Positions 39,801-49,676 of a stretch of 64,000 nucleotides of DNA are shown one piece after another. The notes under the pieces are model-generated. The model did not search any database and was not told the origin of the DNA. It saw only the letters and a list, made by a program, of their open reading frames with translations. A program made the position numbers and the translations under genes. Every line of letters starts with the position of its first letter. Positions within the stretch are counted from its first letter, which is position 1. Source of the DNA: Steroidobacteraceae bacterium (lineage in GTDB: Bacteria; Pseudomonadota; Gammaproteobacteria; Steroidobacterales; Steroidobacteraceae); the NCBI GenBank assembly GCA_052039045.1, contig JBQGDL010000006.1, positions 41,731-105,730 on the forward strand, written 5' to 3'.

Positions 39801-40281
39801 CCCCCGGCGTGGCGACCTCCGGCACGCTTGCGTAACCGGCGGCCGCGAGCCGCCCGCGGAAGGCTTCGAGATCGAGCTGCTCGCCGGTGGCGAGTGTCAG
39901 CGAATGTGCATCGATGAAGCTGCGCGGCGGCAGCCGTTGCAGGGATGTCGGCAGGTCAGCGAGCACGATGCCGCGCGCCAGCGCTGGCAGTCGGGCGAGC
40001 GCGCGCAGCCGCAGCGAGATGATGTCCGGGTGCGGCGAGAACCTGTCGTAAGGCAGGGTCTCGTAGTCGGGGAACGCGAGGATGGGCAGACCCGCCGGCG
40101 CGAAGAATCTGAGCTCCGTTTCGAGCTGCTCGCGTTGCTGGGCATCGCGCGTGAATACCGCGAGCGGGCCGGAGGCCGCGGCCGCAGTCTCGGCAAGCGC
40201 CAGCGGCAATGCGGCACCGTACAGCCCCTGCCAACGCACCCGCGGTTGCAGACGATCTGGTATTGGAAGCTTGAAAAGCAT
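36811..40281 (-). CDS. mfd: Transcription-repair coupling factor Mfd
   Basis: Start at the internal ATG (MLFKLPIP...). CarD-like domain (PGAPVVHEDYGVGRY), DEAD/H helicase motifs (CGDVGFGKTEVALRAAF, IIDEEHRFGV) and the TRG/TRCF C-terminus. Confidence 0.97.
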   Translation of the reverse strand: MLFKLPIPDRLQPRVRWQGLYGAALPLALAETAAAASGPLAVFTRDAQQREQLETELRFFAPAGLPILAFPDYETLPYDRFSPHPDIISLRLRALARLPALARGIVLADLPTSLQRLPPRSFIDAHSLTLATGEQLDLEAFRGRLAAAGYASVPEVATPGEFAVRGSLFDLFPMGSDAPLRIDLDDRLIDSIRSFDSDTQRTTGRLERIELLPAREFSLSADSIRDFRRRFRTRFEGDLTRMPVYRDVGDGLAPAGIEYYLPLFFDSTATLFDYLPDGAIAVLPCDAAAELATAVRAIEERYEEHRYDIEHPVLAPQELFLDPAGWLERARSAPHVELAAADSVAAPADAAVSTVAAADVPELRLELRREDSVAAFAGVLRVARSRVLLAAESPGRRELLLDLLRPHGIEPKVVAGWAEFLASDAPLAIAVAPLVSGVTITEPPLTIYAEQQLFGDRARQERRRRRSDRDPARIIQQLADLRPGAPVVHEDYGVGRYRGLTNMETAGQTAEFLVLEYADGDRLYVPVQALERVSRYTGAPAEAAPLHRLGGDQWQKARQRAAERIHDAAAELLDVYSRRATRPGHAFAVDEQQLHAFEQGFPFEETADQLAAIRQVIDDLRAPRPMDRVVCGDVGFGKTEVALRAAFVAVQAGRQVAVLVPTTLLAQQHHQTFADRFADWPVRVELLSRFRAGAQAQATLAGLAEGKVDIVIGTHRMLQPGVRFKDLGLLIIDEEHRFGVRDKERLKQLRAEVDVLTLTATPIPRTLNLALGGLRDLSLIATPPAGRLSIKTFVSEWNGPMIREACLRELRRGGQVYFVHNSIDTIGRSGQQLAELVPEARIAIGHGRMRERELEQVMLDFYHRRSNVLLCTTIIESGIDVPTANTIVVDRADRFGLAQLHQLRGRVGRSHHQAYAYLIAPPRNAMTGDAVKRLEAIESLDDLGSGFVLATHDLEIRGAGELLGEEQSGQIHEIGFALYMELLGRAIAALRAGRIPSLERPLHHGPEIELHVPALLPEAFLPDVHARLVMYKRIAGSGSEPELTDLQTEIIDRFGNLPEPAKNLLRIAQLRIAAAALGVERLDVGPSSGSLVFGSDTPVEPAALIGLVQASGRTLRFDGSTRLRFTGDFQDPEQRFAAAHNLLVRLGQCVERRRAS

Positions 40282-40295
40282 TGAAATCCAATAAC

Positions 40296-40325
40296 TTGAG
40301 CTCGAATCATGAGATTCGAGCTCAA
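40296..40325. promoter_or_regulatory. Perfect 13-bp palindrome TTGAGCTCGAATC-ATGA-GATTCGAGCTCAA, 15 nt upstream of the mfd start codon
   Basis: Read directly from the sequence. It lies in a short A/T-rich patch. It could be an operator or a 5-prime-UTR hairpin. Confidence 0.5.
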
Positions 40326-40357
40326 AACGAGACAAGCCGGTCCTGCGGGCGACCGGC
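40324..40357 (-). terminator. Candidate rho-independent terminator of the small exported-protein gene
   Basis: On the minus strand: GCCGGTC-gcccgcag-GACCGGC (7-bp GC stem) followed by TTGTCTCGTTTT. Confidence 0.45.
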
Positions 40358-40429
40358 AAAGAGGAAGCCTAACAGAGCGAGCCGCGGCAGGCCGGCTGTG
40401 GGTGCCGGCTTCGGCCCGCGGGCGGCGGG

Positions 40430-40714
40430 TCAGCTGGTCGGAGCGTCGCGCCGGGCGACGGCGTGGATCACGTGGCTGTATTCGAAGTAGACCACGAATT
40501 GCGGGTACACCCAGCGCGAGATCGGCGGGTCGCCGACCGCGCTGATGCGCTGCGTCGGCTCGCCGAAACGCTGCTCGACCTGCGCCATCGAGAGACCCCG
40601 CGAGGGGCCGGCAACGCTGGCCGCCGGGGGCGGGGTCTCGAGATTCTGTGCGTGGATCTGGGCCGCGGCCAGACCGGCCAACAGGCCGATGACGGCGTAG
40701 ACGCGCTTGTGCAT
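40430..40714 (-). CDS. Small exported protein of unknown function
   Basis: 94 aa. Signal peptide MHKRVYAVIGLLAGLAAAQIHA, then GLSMAQVEQRFGEPT..ISAVGDPPISRWVYPQFVVYFEYSHVIH. Good third-position GC bias. Confidence 0.55.
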   Translation of the reverse strand: MHKRVYAVIGLLAGLAAAQIHAQNLETPPPAASVAGPSRGLSMAQVEQRFGEPTQRISAVGDPPISRWVYPQFVVYFEYSHVIHAVARRDAPTS

Positions 40715-40889
40715 AACCGGACCTCAGCTTGCAGGAGCGGCCGGAATATAGCATCGGGCCCCGGCGGCCGGCCCTGCCGGGTGGGCAAATCCATGTACCA
40801 GTTCACTAACGCCGTTGCTCGCCGGCCGCGCGGGCAGGTGCATTCGGTCCGGCGGCCCGGTAGCCTTGCGGCCTTTCCATAAGCCGCCG

Positions 40890-42137
40890 ATGTTTCACCC
40901 GCTCCCCATCTTTCTCGGGCTGCGTTACGTCCGGACCCGCGGCCGCGGGTTCTTCGTCTCGTTCATCAGCTGGGTATCGATGCTCGGCGTGTGCGTCGGC
41001 GTGGCCGCTCTGATCACGATCATCTCCGTGATGAACGGGTTCGAGGCGGAGCTGCGCGGCCGGCTGGTGGCCCTGTCGGCTCACGCCACGGTCGGCGCCC
41101 GGGAAGGACGCCAACCCGACTGGGTCGAGGTCGCGCGGCGCGCCCGCGCGCTGCCCGGCGTCGCGGGTGTCGCGCCGTTCGTCGACGTGCAGGCGATGAT
41201 CGGGCGCGCGGGCTCGCTGCTGCCTGTGCTGCTGCACGGTATCGAACCGCGGGCCGAGGCGACCGTTGCGCAGATCGCGCCGCATCTGCTCGAGGGCCGG
41301 CTCGGCGATCTGACTGCGGGCTCGCGCCGGATGATCATCGGGCGCGTGCTCGCCTGGCAGCTCGGCGCGGAGTCGGGGGACGAGCTCACCGTGATGGTTC
41401 CCGGCCGCTCGCTCCTGGCTGCGGGCGGCCGTCCGGTACTGCAGACCTTCGTCGTCTCGGGTGTCTTCGAGGTCGGACTGCAGGAGCACGACGGTTCGCT
41501 TGCGCTGGTGGCGCTCGCGGATGCGAGTGAGCTCACCGGCGCCGCGACCGGTCCGGCGGGCTTGAGGCTGCGCTTCAATGACGTGATGCGAGCCCCGCAA
41601 CGCGCCGAGGCGCTGCGTGCGGCGCTTCCCGCCGACGTCGTCGTGTCCGACTGGACTCAGGAGCACGCGGCGTATTTCCGCGCCATCCGCATCGAGAAGA
41701 CGATGATGAGCCTGATTCTGCTGCTGGTGGTCGCGGTGGCGGCCTTCAACATCGTGGCGGCGCTCGTCATGGTCGTGAACGAGAAGCGCTCCGACATCGC
41801 GATCCTGCGCACGCTCGGTCTGGCGCCCGGTGGCGTGGTCGGCGCTTTCCTCACCCAGGGCCTGGTGATCGGCGCGACCGGTACGGCGCTCGGCGTGCTG
41901 CTCGGCCTCACGATCGCCAACAATGTCGGCACGATCGTGCCCGCGCTCGAGTCGCTGTTCGGCTTCCACGTCATGGACCCGAGCGTGTACTACATCACCG
42001 AGATCCCCTCGGATCCGCAGCTGCCGCAGGTGGCGCTGATCGCGGCGATCGCCTTCCTGCTCACCGTGCTCGCCACGATCTACCCGGCGCTGCGCGGCGC
42101 GGCCACCCGCCCGGCCGAAGCGCTGCGCTACGAGTGA
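40890..42137 (+). CDS. lolC: Lipoprotein-releasing system permease, LolC/LolE family (C versus E assignment tentative)
   Basis: LGLRYVRTRGRGFFVSFISWVSMLGV..GVAALI.IISVMNGFE, with a MacB-like periplasmic domain and a C-terminal FtsX domain. Confidence 0.85.
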   Translation: MFHPLPIFLGLRYVRTRGRGFFVSFISWVSMLGVCVGVAALITIISVMNGFEAELRGRLVALSAHATVGAREGRQPDWVEVARRARALPGVAGVAPFVDVQAMIGRAGSLLPVLLHGIEPRAEATVAQIAPHLLEGRLGDLTAGSRRMIIGRVLAWQLGAESGDELTVMVPGRSLLAAGGRPVLQTFVVSGVFEVGLQEHDGSLALVALADASELTGAATGPAGLRLRFNDVMRAPQRAEALRAALPADVVVSDWTQEHAAYFRAIRIEKTMMSLILLLVVAVAAFNIVAALVMVVNEKRSDIAILRTLGLAPGGVVGAFLTQGLVIGATGTALGVLLGLTIANNVGTIVPALESLFGFHVMDPSVYYITEIPSDPQLPQVALIAAIAFLLTVLATIYPALRGAATRPAEALRYE

Positions 42138-43388
42138 TGCGAGGCGGGCCGCCATACGAGCTGATGATCGGGCGGCGCTATCTGCGCTCGACGGGCAACC
42201 GTTTTTTGTCGTTCATTTCCATGATCTCGATGCTCGGGGTGACGATCGGCGTCGCGGTGCTGGTCGTCGTGCTGTCGGTCATGAACGGCTTCGAGCGTGA
42301 GTTGCGCAGCCGCATCCTGAGCGTGACGTCGCACGCCACCGTCTCGGCGTTCGGCGCGGGGCTTGCCGACTGGCAGGATGCGCGACGCGTGGCGCTCGAG
42401 CAAACCGAGGTGCGCGGCGCGGCACCGTTTGTCGAGGGCGAGGCGCTGCTCATCGGTGAACGCGCAGGCAGTGGCTCCGCCGCGGCCAGCGTGCGCGGCG
42501 TCCTGCCGGAGCTGGAGGAGCAGGTTTCGTCGGTCGGCGAACGGCTGTCGTCGGGGACCCTGCCCGCGCTGAAACCGGGCGGCTTCCGCATCATCCTCGG
42601 CGCCGAGCTGGCGCGCGAGCTCAAGCTCGACCGCGGCGACACGGTGGTGCTCGCGGTCGCGCAGGGCAGCGTCACGCCGGCGGGGGTGGTTCCGCGGCTG
42701 CGCCGCTTCCGGGTCGAAGGAATATTCGCCTCGGGGATGTACGAGATCGACCGCACTCTCGCACTCGTACATCTCGAGGACGCGGCGCGACTGTTCCGGC
42801 TCGGCAACCGCGTTACGGGGTTGCGACTCGAGGTTGAGGATCCATGGCGCGCCCCGATCGTTGCGCGTGACGTCGCGCGCGCGCTCGGCAACGGCCCGTA
42901 TGTCGACGACTGGACGAACCGGCACGCGAACTTCTTCCGTTCGATCGAGCTCACCAAGCGCATGATGTTCTTCATCCTGCTGCTGGTCGTCGCCGTGGCC
43001 GCGTTCAACATCGTCTCGACGCTGGTGATGGCGGTGAAGGACAAGCGTCCGGACATCGCGATCCTGCGTACCATGGGCGCCGCGCCGCGCAGCGTGCTTG
43101 CCGTGTTCATCACCCAGGGCACGGTGATCGGTCTGCTCGGTACGCTGGGCGGAGTGGCGCTCGGCACCTTGCTCTCCGTGAACCTGGAGGCACTGGTGCA
43201 CGGTCTCGAGCGCCTGCTCGACACTCGCTTCCTGGATGCGAGCGTGTACTTCATGAGTGATCTGCCGGCGCACGTCGAGTGGCGCGACGTCGCCGGCATC
43301 GCTTCCACGGCATTCGCGCTCTGCTGTATTTCGACCGTCTATCCGGCCTGGCGCGCGGCCCGCACCGACCCTGCGAGGGCTTTGCGTC

Positions 43389-43396
<8 letters not shown>
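42134..43396 (+). CDS. lolE: Lipoprotein-releasing system permease, LolC/LolE family paralogue (assignment tentative)
   Basis: ATGA overlap with the upstream paralogue. [43 protein letters not shown]. Confidence 0.85.
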
Positions 43397-44072
<676 letters not shown>

Positions 44073-44102
44073 GGGCGCGCGGCTCGGCGCCTCAGGATCG
44101 AG

Positions 44103-45926
44103 TCATGGATCGCGCCGGACAGACCGGATCCAGCGATCGATCTTCTCTTCCAACACAGACAGCGGGAGGCTTCCGGAGTCGAGGACGCGGCCGTGGAACT
44201 CCCTCACGTCGAAGTCTCTGCCGAGCGCCCGCTCCGCCGTGGTTCGCAGCTCTGCGATTTTCAGCTGCCCGATCTTGTAGGCGAGCGCCTGCCCGGGCGA
44301 CACCATGTAGCGCTCGACCTCGGCAACAATCGCGTCCTCCGAATCCGCTTCGTGATCGAGCGAATACCGGATCGCCTGCTCCCTCGTCCAGCCTCTGGCA
44401 TGCATGCCGGTATCCACGACGAGGCGTATCGCGCGGTGCATTTCGGCGCTCAGCATCCCGAAGTACTGGTAGGGATCGCGGTACAGGCCCAGCTCCCTGC
44501 CGAGAGATTCGCAGTACAGCGCCCAGCCCTCGACGAACACGGCGATCCCCTCGGGATGCAGGAACTGGGGCAAATCCCGGGCTTCCTGTTGCAGGGACAA
44601 CTGGTAGTGATGGCCCGGAATGGCTTCGTGCAGGAACAGCGATTCGTCGCCGTACTTGTTGTAATGGCGCACATCAGGAATCGGGACGTAGAAGACACCC
44701 GGACGCGACCCGTCCTTGGAGCCGGGCACGTACTCGGCGCTTGCTGATTTCTCACGAAACGCCTCCGTTCTTCGCACCTCGAACCGCGCCTTTGGTTCCA
44801 CGTTGAACAGGGCCTTCAGATGCGGCTTCAACGTCTCGTGGATAGTCTCGAAGTTATCAATCACCTGTTCCGGCTCGGTGAATGGCATCTGTTCGGGGCT
44901 CGTCCGCACGTGATCGAAGAACGACCGGAGGTCGCCATCGAAGCCGATCTCGTCCTTGACTCTCTCCATCTCCTTCGCAATGCGCGCAACCTCGCGCTCG
45001 CCGAGTGCAAAGATCTGGTCCGGTGTCATGTCGGTGCTGGTGTGGTAGCGAATCAGATACCGGTAGGTCTGGGGTCCATTCGGCAGGTCTCCAAGCCCCG
45101 TGTGCTCACCCGCAGCAGGCAGGTATTCATTGCGCAGGAAGTCCCGCAATCGCCGATGCGCGGGGTTCACCGTGGTCTCGATCATTTTGCGAAAGGACGC
45201 AGCCAGGCGCTTTCTCTCGGCAGCCGGAAAGTCTGCTGGCATGTTCAGGATCGGACGGTAGTAGAGATGATTCGGGATGTCGTCGGTAGTGACGTCGTCG
45301 AGTTGTCCGATCGAGCGCTGCACGATGATCTTCGGCCATACGACGTGCCGCTCCATACCCGTCCTCATGTTCGCGATGGCCGTATCCACCCAATCGACGT
45401 AGCCGTCGAGGCGTCGCAGCCAGTTCTCGTAGTCCGGGACCGTCGCGAATGGCTGAATCGAGTCACCACCCGACAGCTGACTCACGAAAAGATTGAAAGA
45501 GAAGATCTGCGTGACAGGCATCAGACGGATGGTTGGCAGGTCGAAGATGGGCGAAGGCACGGTCGAGAGCGGATTCTCGAGACCTTCCTTCTTGATCTCG
45601 CAATCCCGGCGCATGACCTTCAGGCTGCGTGCGTCAGCGTCTGACAGAGGCTTGCCCTCGAAACTTTCGATGGCCTCGAGGAAACGGGTGTACTCCCCGA
45701 TCAGATCTCTCTGATATTCGGCCGATATGAAATTCGCCAGCTTGGCGTTATATCCGTGCTCACCGAGTTTCGTTGCTTCGGTCGGATTGATGCGGAGCCG
45801 GAACCGGTAGTACGCATCGAACAGATCCCCGACGGAAGCGTAGGTCGCGCGTTGGTCCGCCACCGATGGTGGGGCGGTCACCATGAGGACCAGACCTAGA
45901 ACGACGAGAATCGGCGTGGGGCGCAT
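44103..45926 (-). CDS. DUF885 family protein (putative secreted metallohydrolase)
   Basis: Internal ATG at 45926 gives the signal peptide MRPTPILVVLGLVLMVTAPPSVA. FLHEAIPGHHYQ and EGWALYCE are DUF885 hallmarks. A/T-richer than the flanks (one 60-nt line counted at 50% G+C). Confidence 0.85.
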   Translation of the reverse strand: MRPTPILVVLGLVLMVTAPPSVADQRATYASVGDLFDAYYRFRLRINPTEATKLGEHGYNAKLANFISAEYQRDLIGEYTRFLEAIESFEGKPLSDADARSLKVMRRDCEIKKEGLENPLSTVPSPIFDLPTIRLMPVTQIFSFNLFVSQLSGGDSIQPFATVPDYENWLRRLDGYVDWVDTAIANMRTGMERHVVWPKIIVQRSIGQLDDVTTDDIPNHLYYRPILNMPADFPAAERKRLAASFRKMIETTVNPAHRRLRDFLRNEYLPAAGEHTGLGDLPNGPQTYRYLIRYHTSTDMTPDQIFALGEREVARIAKEMERVKDEIGFDGDLRSFFDHVRTSPEQMPFTEPEQVIDNFETIHETLKPHLKALFNVEPKARFEVRRTEAFREKSASAEYVPGSKDGSRPGVFYVPIPDVRHYNKYGDESLFLHEAIPGHHYQLSLQQEARDLPQFLHPEGIAVFVEGWALYCESLGRELGLYRDPYQYFGMLSAEMHRAIRLVVDTGMHARGWTREQAIRYSLDHEADSEDAIVAEVERYMVSPGQALAYKIGQLKIAELRTTAERALGRDFDVREFHGRVLDSGSLPLSVLEEKIDRWIRSVRRDP

Positions 45927-46225
45927 GGTGGGAAAACTGTTGGTCCGCGCAGTTTTTCGAGCAAGACACCGCTGCGCGCACGGCGGAGCGTGCCAGTATC
46001 CGGGGGATCTTGCGGAATGCAAGGCACTCCGCTCTGACGTGGTCGCTCTTGCAACGCGATCGGTAAAGCGACCGTAGCGGCACCAGGAGAACATCGCTGC
46101 GCCACGGCGGCTCGCGCCGGACTGAGGGCGGGCAGCCAGATAGTTGTATTTGGCGTGAAAAATGCGCGTCGCCCGCCGGGGCGCGTGCGGGCACGCTGGC
46201 GCCTTGCAATGCACGAAGCGAAGCG

Positions 46226-48514
46226 ATGCTGAGCTCAGCGCTGGGATTCGCAGCGGGTACCTGCGTGCTGTTGCTGCTGCCGAGGCTGCCCACGGCGACG
46301 CTGCTCGCGGCACTGGTCCTGCCGGCCGCCGCGGCTGGATGGCGGCTGCGGAGCTGCACGCCGCTGGCGTTCGTCGCTGGACTGGCGCTGTGTGCGAGCG
46401 AGGCTCGCCTGCGCCTCGAGGACCGGCTCGCCCCGACGCTCGAAGGGCGGACGCTCGCGATCGAGGGGCGCGTCGCCTCGGTGCCGCAGGCGCTCGCCCA
46501 GGGGTTGCGATTCCGGTTCGAGCCCGAGCCAGGCGCGATCCCGCTGCCGGGCACCCTCGAGCTCACCTGGTACGAGCCGGAATGGGTGCCCCTGCCGGCC
46601 GAACGGCTGGCGCTCGAGGTGAGGCTGCGACGCCCCCGCGGCTTCGCAAACCCCGGCGGCAGCGACTACGTCGCTCGCATGCTGCGCGAGGACGTCGGCG
46701 CGACGGGTTATGTGCGCGGCGCCGAGCGGTACGGGCGCGGCTGGCGCGACGTGCTCGCCTGCCCCGTGCTCACGGCACGCGGCGAGGCCGCGCGCGCCAT
46801 CGGCACGGCGCTCGGTGAGCGACCGGCCACTGGCATCGTGGCGGGGCTCGCGGTCGGCCTGCAGGATGCCCTGTCGCCCGCGCAGTGGCAGGCCCTTTCG
46901 CGCAGCGGCACGACCCACCTGATGGCGATCTCGGGAATGCACGTCGGCATGGTGGCCGCGATCGCCGCGTGGCTCGCGGGCGCAATCCAGCGCATGCGTC
47001 AACGGCGCGGCGCGCTCGGCACGGTGCGCGATGCTGCGCTGCGCGCCGGTGTTACGGCCGCCGTCGCCTATTCGGCGCTCGCCGGGTGGTCGGTGCCGAC
47101 GCAGCGCACCGCCCTGACGATTCTGCTCGTGGCGCTGGTGCTCCGCGCGCGCCGGCGCATCGTTGCGTGGCACGGGCTCGCGATCGCCGCTGCGGCCGTG
47201 CTGCTGGCCGATCCGCTCTCGGCGCTCGCGCCCGGTTTCTGGCTGTCGTTCGGCGCGGTCGGCGTGATCGTGTTCGCCATGGGCGGGCACGTCGCACGCC
47301 CGGGGCTGATCCGCGGCTACGGCGGGCTGCAACTCGCCGTGACCGTCGGGCTGACTCCCGTCCTGATCGGGAGCTTCGGCGGCGTGTCGCTCGTCTCCGC
47401 GGCGGTGAACCTGCTCGCCATTCCGCTTTACACGTTGCTCATCGTGCCCACGGTGCTCGCTGGCACCGCGCTTGCGATCCTCGTGCCGTCGCTCGGCGGA
47501 CCGCTGCTGCAGGGCGTCGCGTGGCTGATCGAGGCGACCTGGCCTCTGATCGAGGTGCCGGCCTCCTGGGACTGGGCAGCGTGGCAGGTAGCCGGGCTGC
47601 CGCCTGCGCATTGGGCCGTGCTGGTCGTCGCGACCCTGGCCGCGCTGGCGCCGCTGCCGGCGGCCGGTCGCGCCGCCGCCTGCCTCGCAATCGCGGCCGT
47701 CGCCGCCTGGCGTCCGGCGCCTCTCCCGGAGCAGGCGGCGCGCGTGGCGCTGCTCGACGTCGGGCAGGGGCTCGCGGTCGCGGTGGAGACGCGTACGCAC
47801 GTGCTCGTGTACGACACGGGGCCGTCGTTCCGCAGCGGCTCGGACGCGGCGCTGCTGGCGATCGCACCGTACCTGCGTCGACGTGGTGTGCGTGCCATCG
47901 ATCTGCTGGTTGTCAGTCACGACGACGCCGACCATGCGGGCGGCGCAGCCACGCTCGCCGGAAGCTTTCGCGTGCGGGCACGCGCTGCAAGCGGGGAAGC
48001 GCTCGGTCCGTCCGGCGTGATCCGCTGCGCACGCGGCGCGCGCTGGATCTGGGACGGCGTCGAGTTCGAATGGCTGCACCCGGGACCGTTCCCCTCGGGC
48101 AGCGACAACGACCGCTCGTGCGTGCTGCGCGTAGTCGCCGGAGAGCACGTGGCGCTGCTGACCGGCGATATCGAGCGGCCGGCCGAGGAAGAACTGCTGC
48201 GCCTTGCGCCGCCGGGCAGGGTCGAGCTGCTCGTCGTGCCTCATCACGGCAGTCGCTCTTCGTCCGGGCCGGGACTGATCGCGGCGACGCGCCCGCGCTG
48301 GGCGCTGATTTCCAGCGGCCACGGCAATCGCTGGAATCTCCCGGCCGACGAAGTGGTGCAGCGTTGGCACGAGTCGGGTTCGCAGGTACTCGTCTCCGCA
48401 CAGACCGGCGCGATGGAGTTCGAGCTGCGCGCCGGTCAGTCGACTGCGCCGCCACGGCTGGCCCGCGACATGTCCGCGCGCTTCTGGCGACTCTCACGGG
48501 AGCCTCGATCCTGA
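46226..48514 (+). CDS. comEC: DNA internalization-related competence protein ComEC/Rec2
   Basis: Multi-TM competence domain (SGTTHLMAISGMHVGMV) and a C-terminal metallo-beta-lactamase domain (LLDVGQGLA, VVSHDDADHAGG, VPHHGS). Confidence 0.92.
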   Translation: MLSSALGFAAGTCVLLLLPRLPTATLLAALVLPAAAAGWRLRSCTPLAFVAGLALCASEARLRLEDRLAPTLEGRTLAIEGRVASVPQALAQGLRFRFEPEPGAIPLPGTLELTWYEPEWVPLPAERLALEVRLRRPRGFANPGGSDYVARMLREDVGATGYVRGAERYGRGWRDVLACPVLTARGEAARAIGTALGERPATGIVAGLAVGLQDALSPAQWQALSRSGTTHLMAISGMHVGMVAAIAAWLAGAIQRMRQRRGALGTVRDAALRAGVTAAVAYSALAGWSVPTQRTALTILLVALVLRARRRIVAWHGLAIAAAAVLLADPLSALAPGFWLSFGAVGVIVFAMGGHVARPGLIRGYGGLQLAVTVGLTPVLIGSFGGVSLVSAAVNLLAIPLYTLLIVPTVLAGTALAILVPSLGGPLLQGVAWLIEATWPLIEVPASWDWAAWQVAGLPPAHWAVLVVATLAALAPLPAAGRAAACLAIAAVAAWRPAPLPEQAARVALLDVGQGLAVAVETRTHVLVYDTGPSFRSGSDAALLAIAPYLRRRGVRAIDLLVVSHDDADHAGGAATLAGSFRVRARAASGEALGPSGVIRCARGARWIWDGVEFEWLHPGPFPSGSDNDRSCVLRVVAGEHVALLTGDIERPAEEELLRLAPPGRVELLVVPHHGSRSSSGPGLIAATRPRWALISSGHGNRWNLPADEVVQRWHESGSQVLVSAQTGAMEFELRAGQSTAPPRLARDMSARFWRLSREPRS

Positions 48515-48603
48515 CCGTGGCCGGGCGCGGCGCCGTTGCGCGCGCCGCCGGCCCATGAAGTATCATCCGCGGGCGTTGGCGACAGGGGGCTCGAGCCCGC
48601 GAC

Positions 48604-49251
48604 ATGTTCGAAATCGTGAAAGCCGGCGGCATCGTGATGGTGCCGATTATCCTGTGCTCGATCGTGGCGGTCGCCATCATCATCGAACGGTTCTGGACCC
48701 TCAGGCAGCAGCGGGTCGTCCCCGCTGAGCTGACCGACAAGGTCTGGCAGTGGGTGGAGAACCGCACACTCTCGGACAAGCAGATCCGCGCGCTCGAGCA
48801 GCACTCACCGCTCGGACGCGTCCTCGCTGCGGGAATTTCCAGCCGGCACCGCGACCGCTCGGTGATGATCGAGGCGATCGAGGATGCGGGCCGTCATGTC
48901 GCGCACGATCTGGAACGTTACCTCGGCATGCTGGGCACGATCGCGGCCGTCTCGCCACTGCTCGGTCTTCTCGGCACCGTCACCGGCATGATCCGCACGT
49001 TCAAGGCGATCACCGTCGCCGGCATCGGCGACCCAGCGGCCATGGCGGGCGGCATCTCCGAGGCGCTGATTACCACCGCGGCCGGGCTGATCATCGCCGT
49101 GCCGGCGCTCATGGCCTACCGGTACCTGCGCGGTCGCGTGGACTCGCTCGTGATCCGCATGGAGAAGGAATCGCTCAAGCTCGTGCAGGCGATCGACCGC
49201 ACGGTCGCAACGCGCCCCGGCCAGCTGTCGGCGGAGGACGTCGCGGCGTGA
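48604..49251 (+). CDS. exbB: MotA/TolQ/ExbB proton-channel family protein
   Basis: LGTIAAVSPLLGLLGTVTGMI and ISEALITTAAGLIIAVPAL motifs with three TM helices. Confidence 0.88.
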   Translation: MFEIVKAGGIVMVPIILCSIVAVAIIIERFWTLRQQRVVPAELTDKVWQWVENRTLSDKQIRALEQHSPLGRVLAAGISSRHRDRSVMIEAIEDAGRHVAHDLERYLGMLGTIAAVSPLLGLLGTVTGMIRTFKAITVAGIGDPAAMAGGISEALITTAAGLIIAVPALMAYRYLRGRVDSLVIRMEKESLKLVQAIDRTVATRPGQLSAEDVAA

Positions 49252-49676
49252 AATTCACGCCACGCCGCAGCGAGGAGCCGGAACTCAACGTGACGTCGCT
49301 GATCGACGTCGTCCTGCTGCTGTTGATCTTCTTCATGGTCTCGACGCGGTTCGTCGACGAGTCGCGCCTCGCGATCCGCCTGCCCGAGGCCGGTCTGAAG
49401 CCGGAACGCGCCGTGCTGCGCGATGCAGTCGAGATCGAGGTGACGGCCGAAGGTGGCTATCGGGTCAACGGCCGCCCTCTGATCAACAACAGCCCCGACA
49501 CGCTGTCCGTGGCGCTGAGCCGCGCGGCCGAAGGCGATCGGGCCGTGCCCGTGACCATACGTGCCGATGCGCGCGCGATGCACCAGTCGGTGGTGACCGC
49601 GATGGACGTCGCCGGACGTCTGGGCTACCGCCAGATCAACATCGCGACCGTGCACGATGGATCCGCTGGCCGGTAA
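49248..49676 (+). CDS. exbD: ExbD/TolR family biopolymer transport protein
   Basis: GTGA overlap with exbB. LNVTSLIDVVLLLLIFFMV TM segment, then ...V.IRAD..A.HQSVV.AMD. Confidence 0.88.
   Translation: MKFTPRRSEEPELNVTSLIDVVLLLLIFFMVSTRFVDESRLAIRLPEAGLKPERAVLRDAVEIEVTAEGGYRVNGRPLINNSPDTLSVALSRAAEGDRAVPVTIRADARAMHQSVVTAMDVAGRLGYRQINIATVHDGSAGR

Noticed and set aside
46235-48370. 711-aa ORF antisense to comEC. Similar antisense ORFs are 49636-51669 versus msbA, 9205-10479 versus lysS, 6012-7649 versus recJ and 1518-2939 versus ispF/truD.
   Set aside because: All are antisense or off-frame shadows of genes with clear family motifs. Their products are Arg/Pro/Ala-rich with no recognisable domains.
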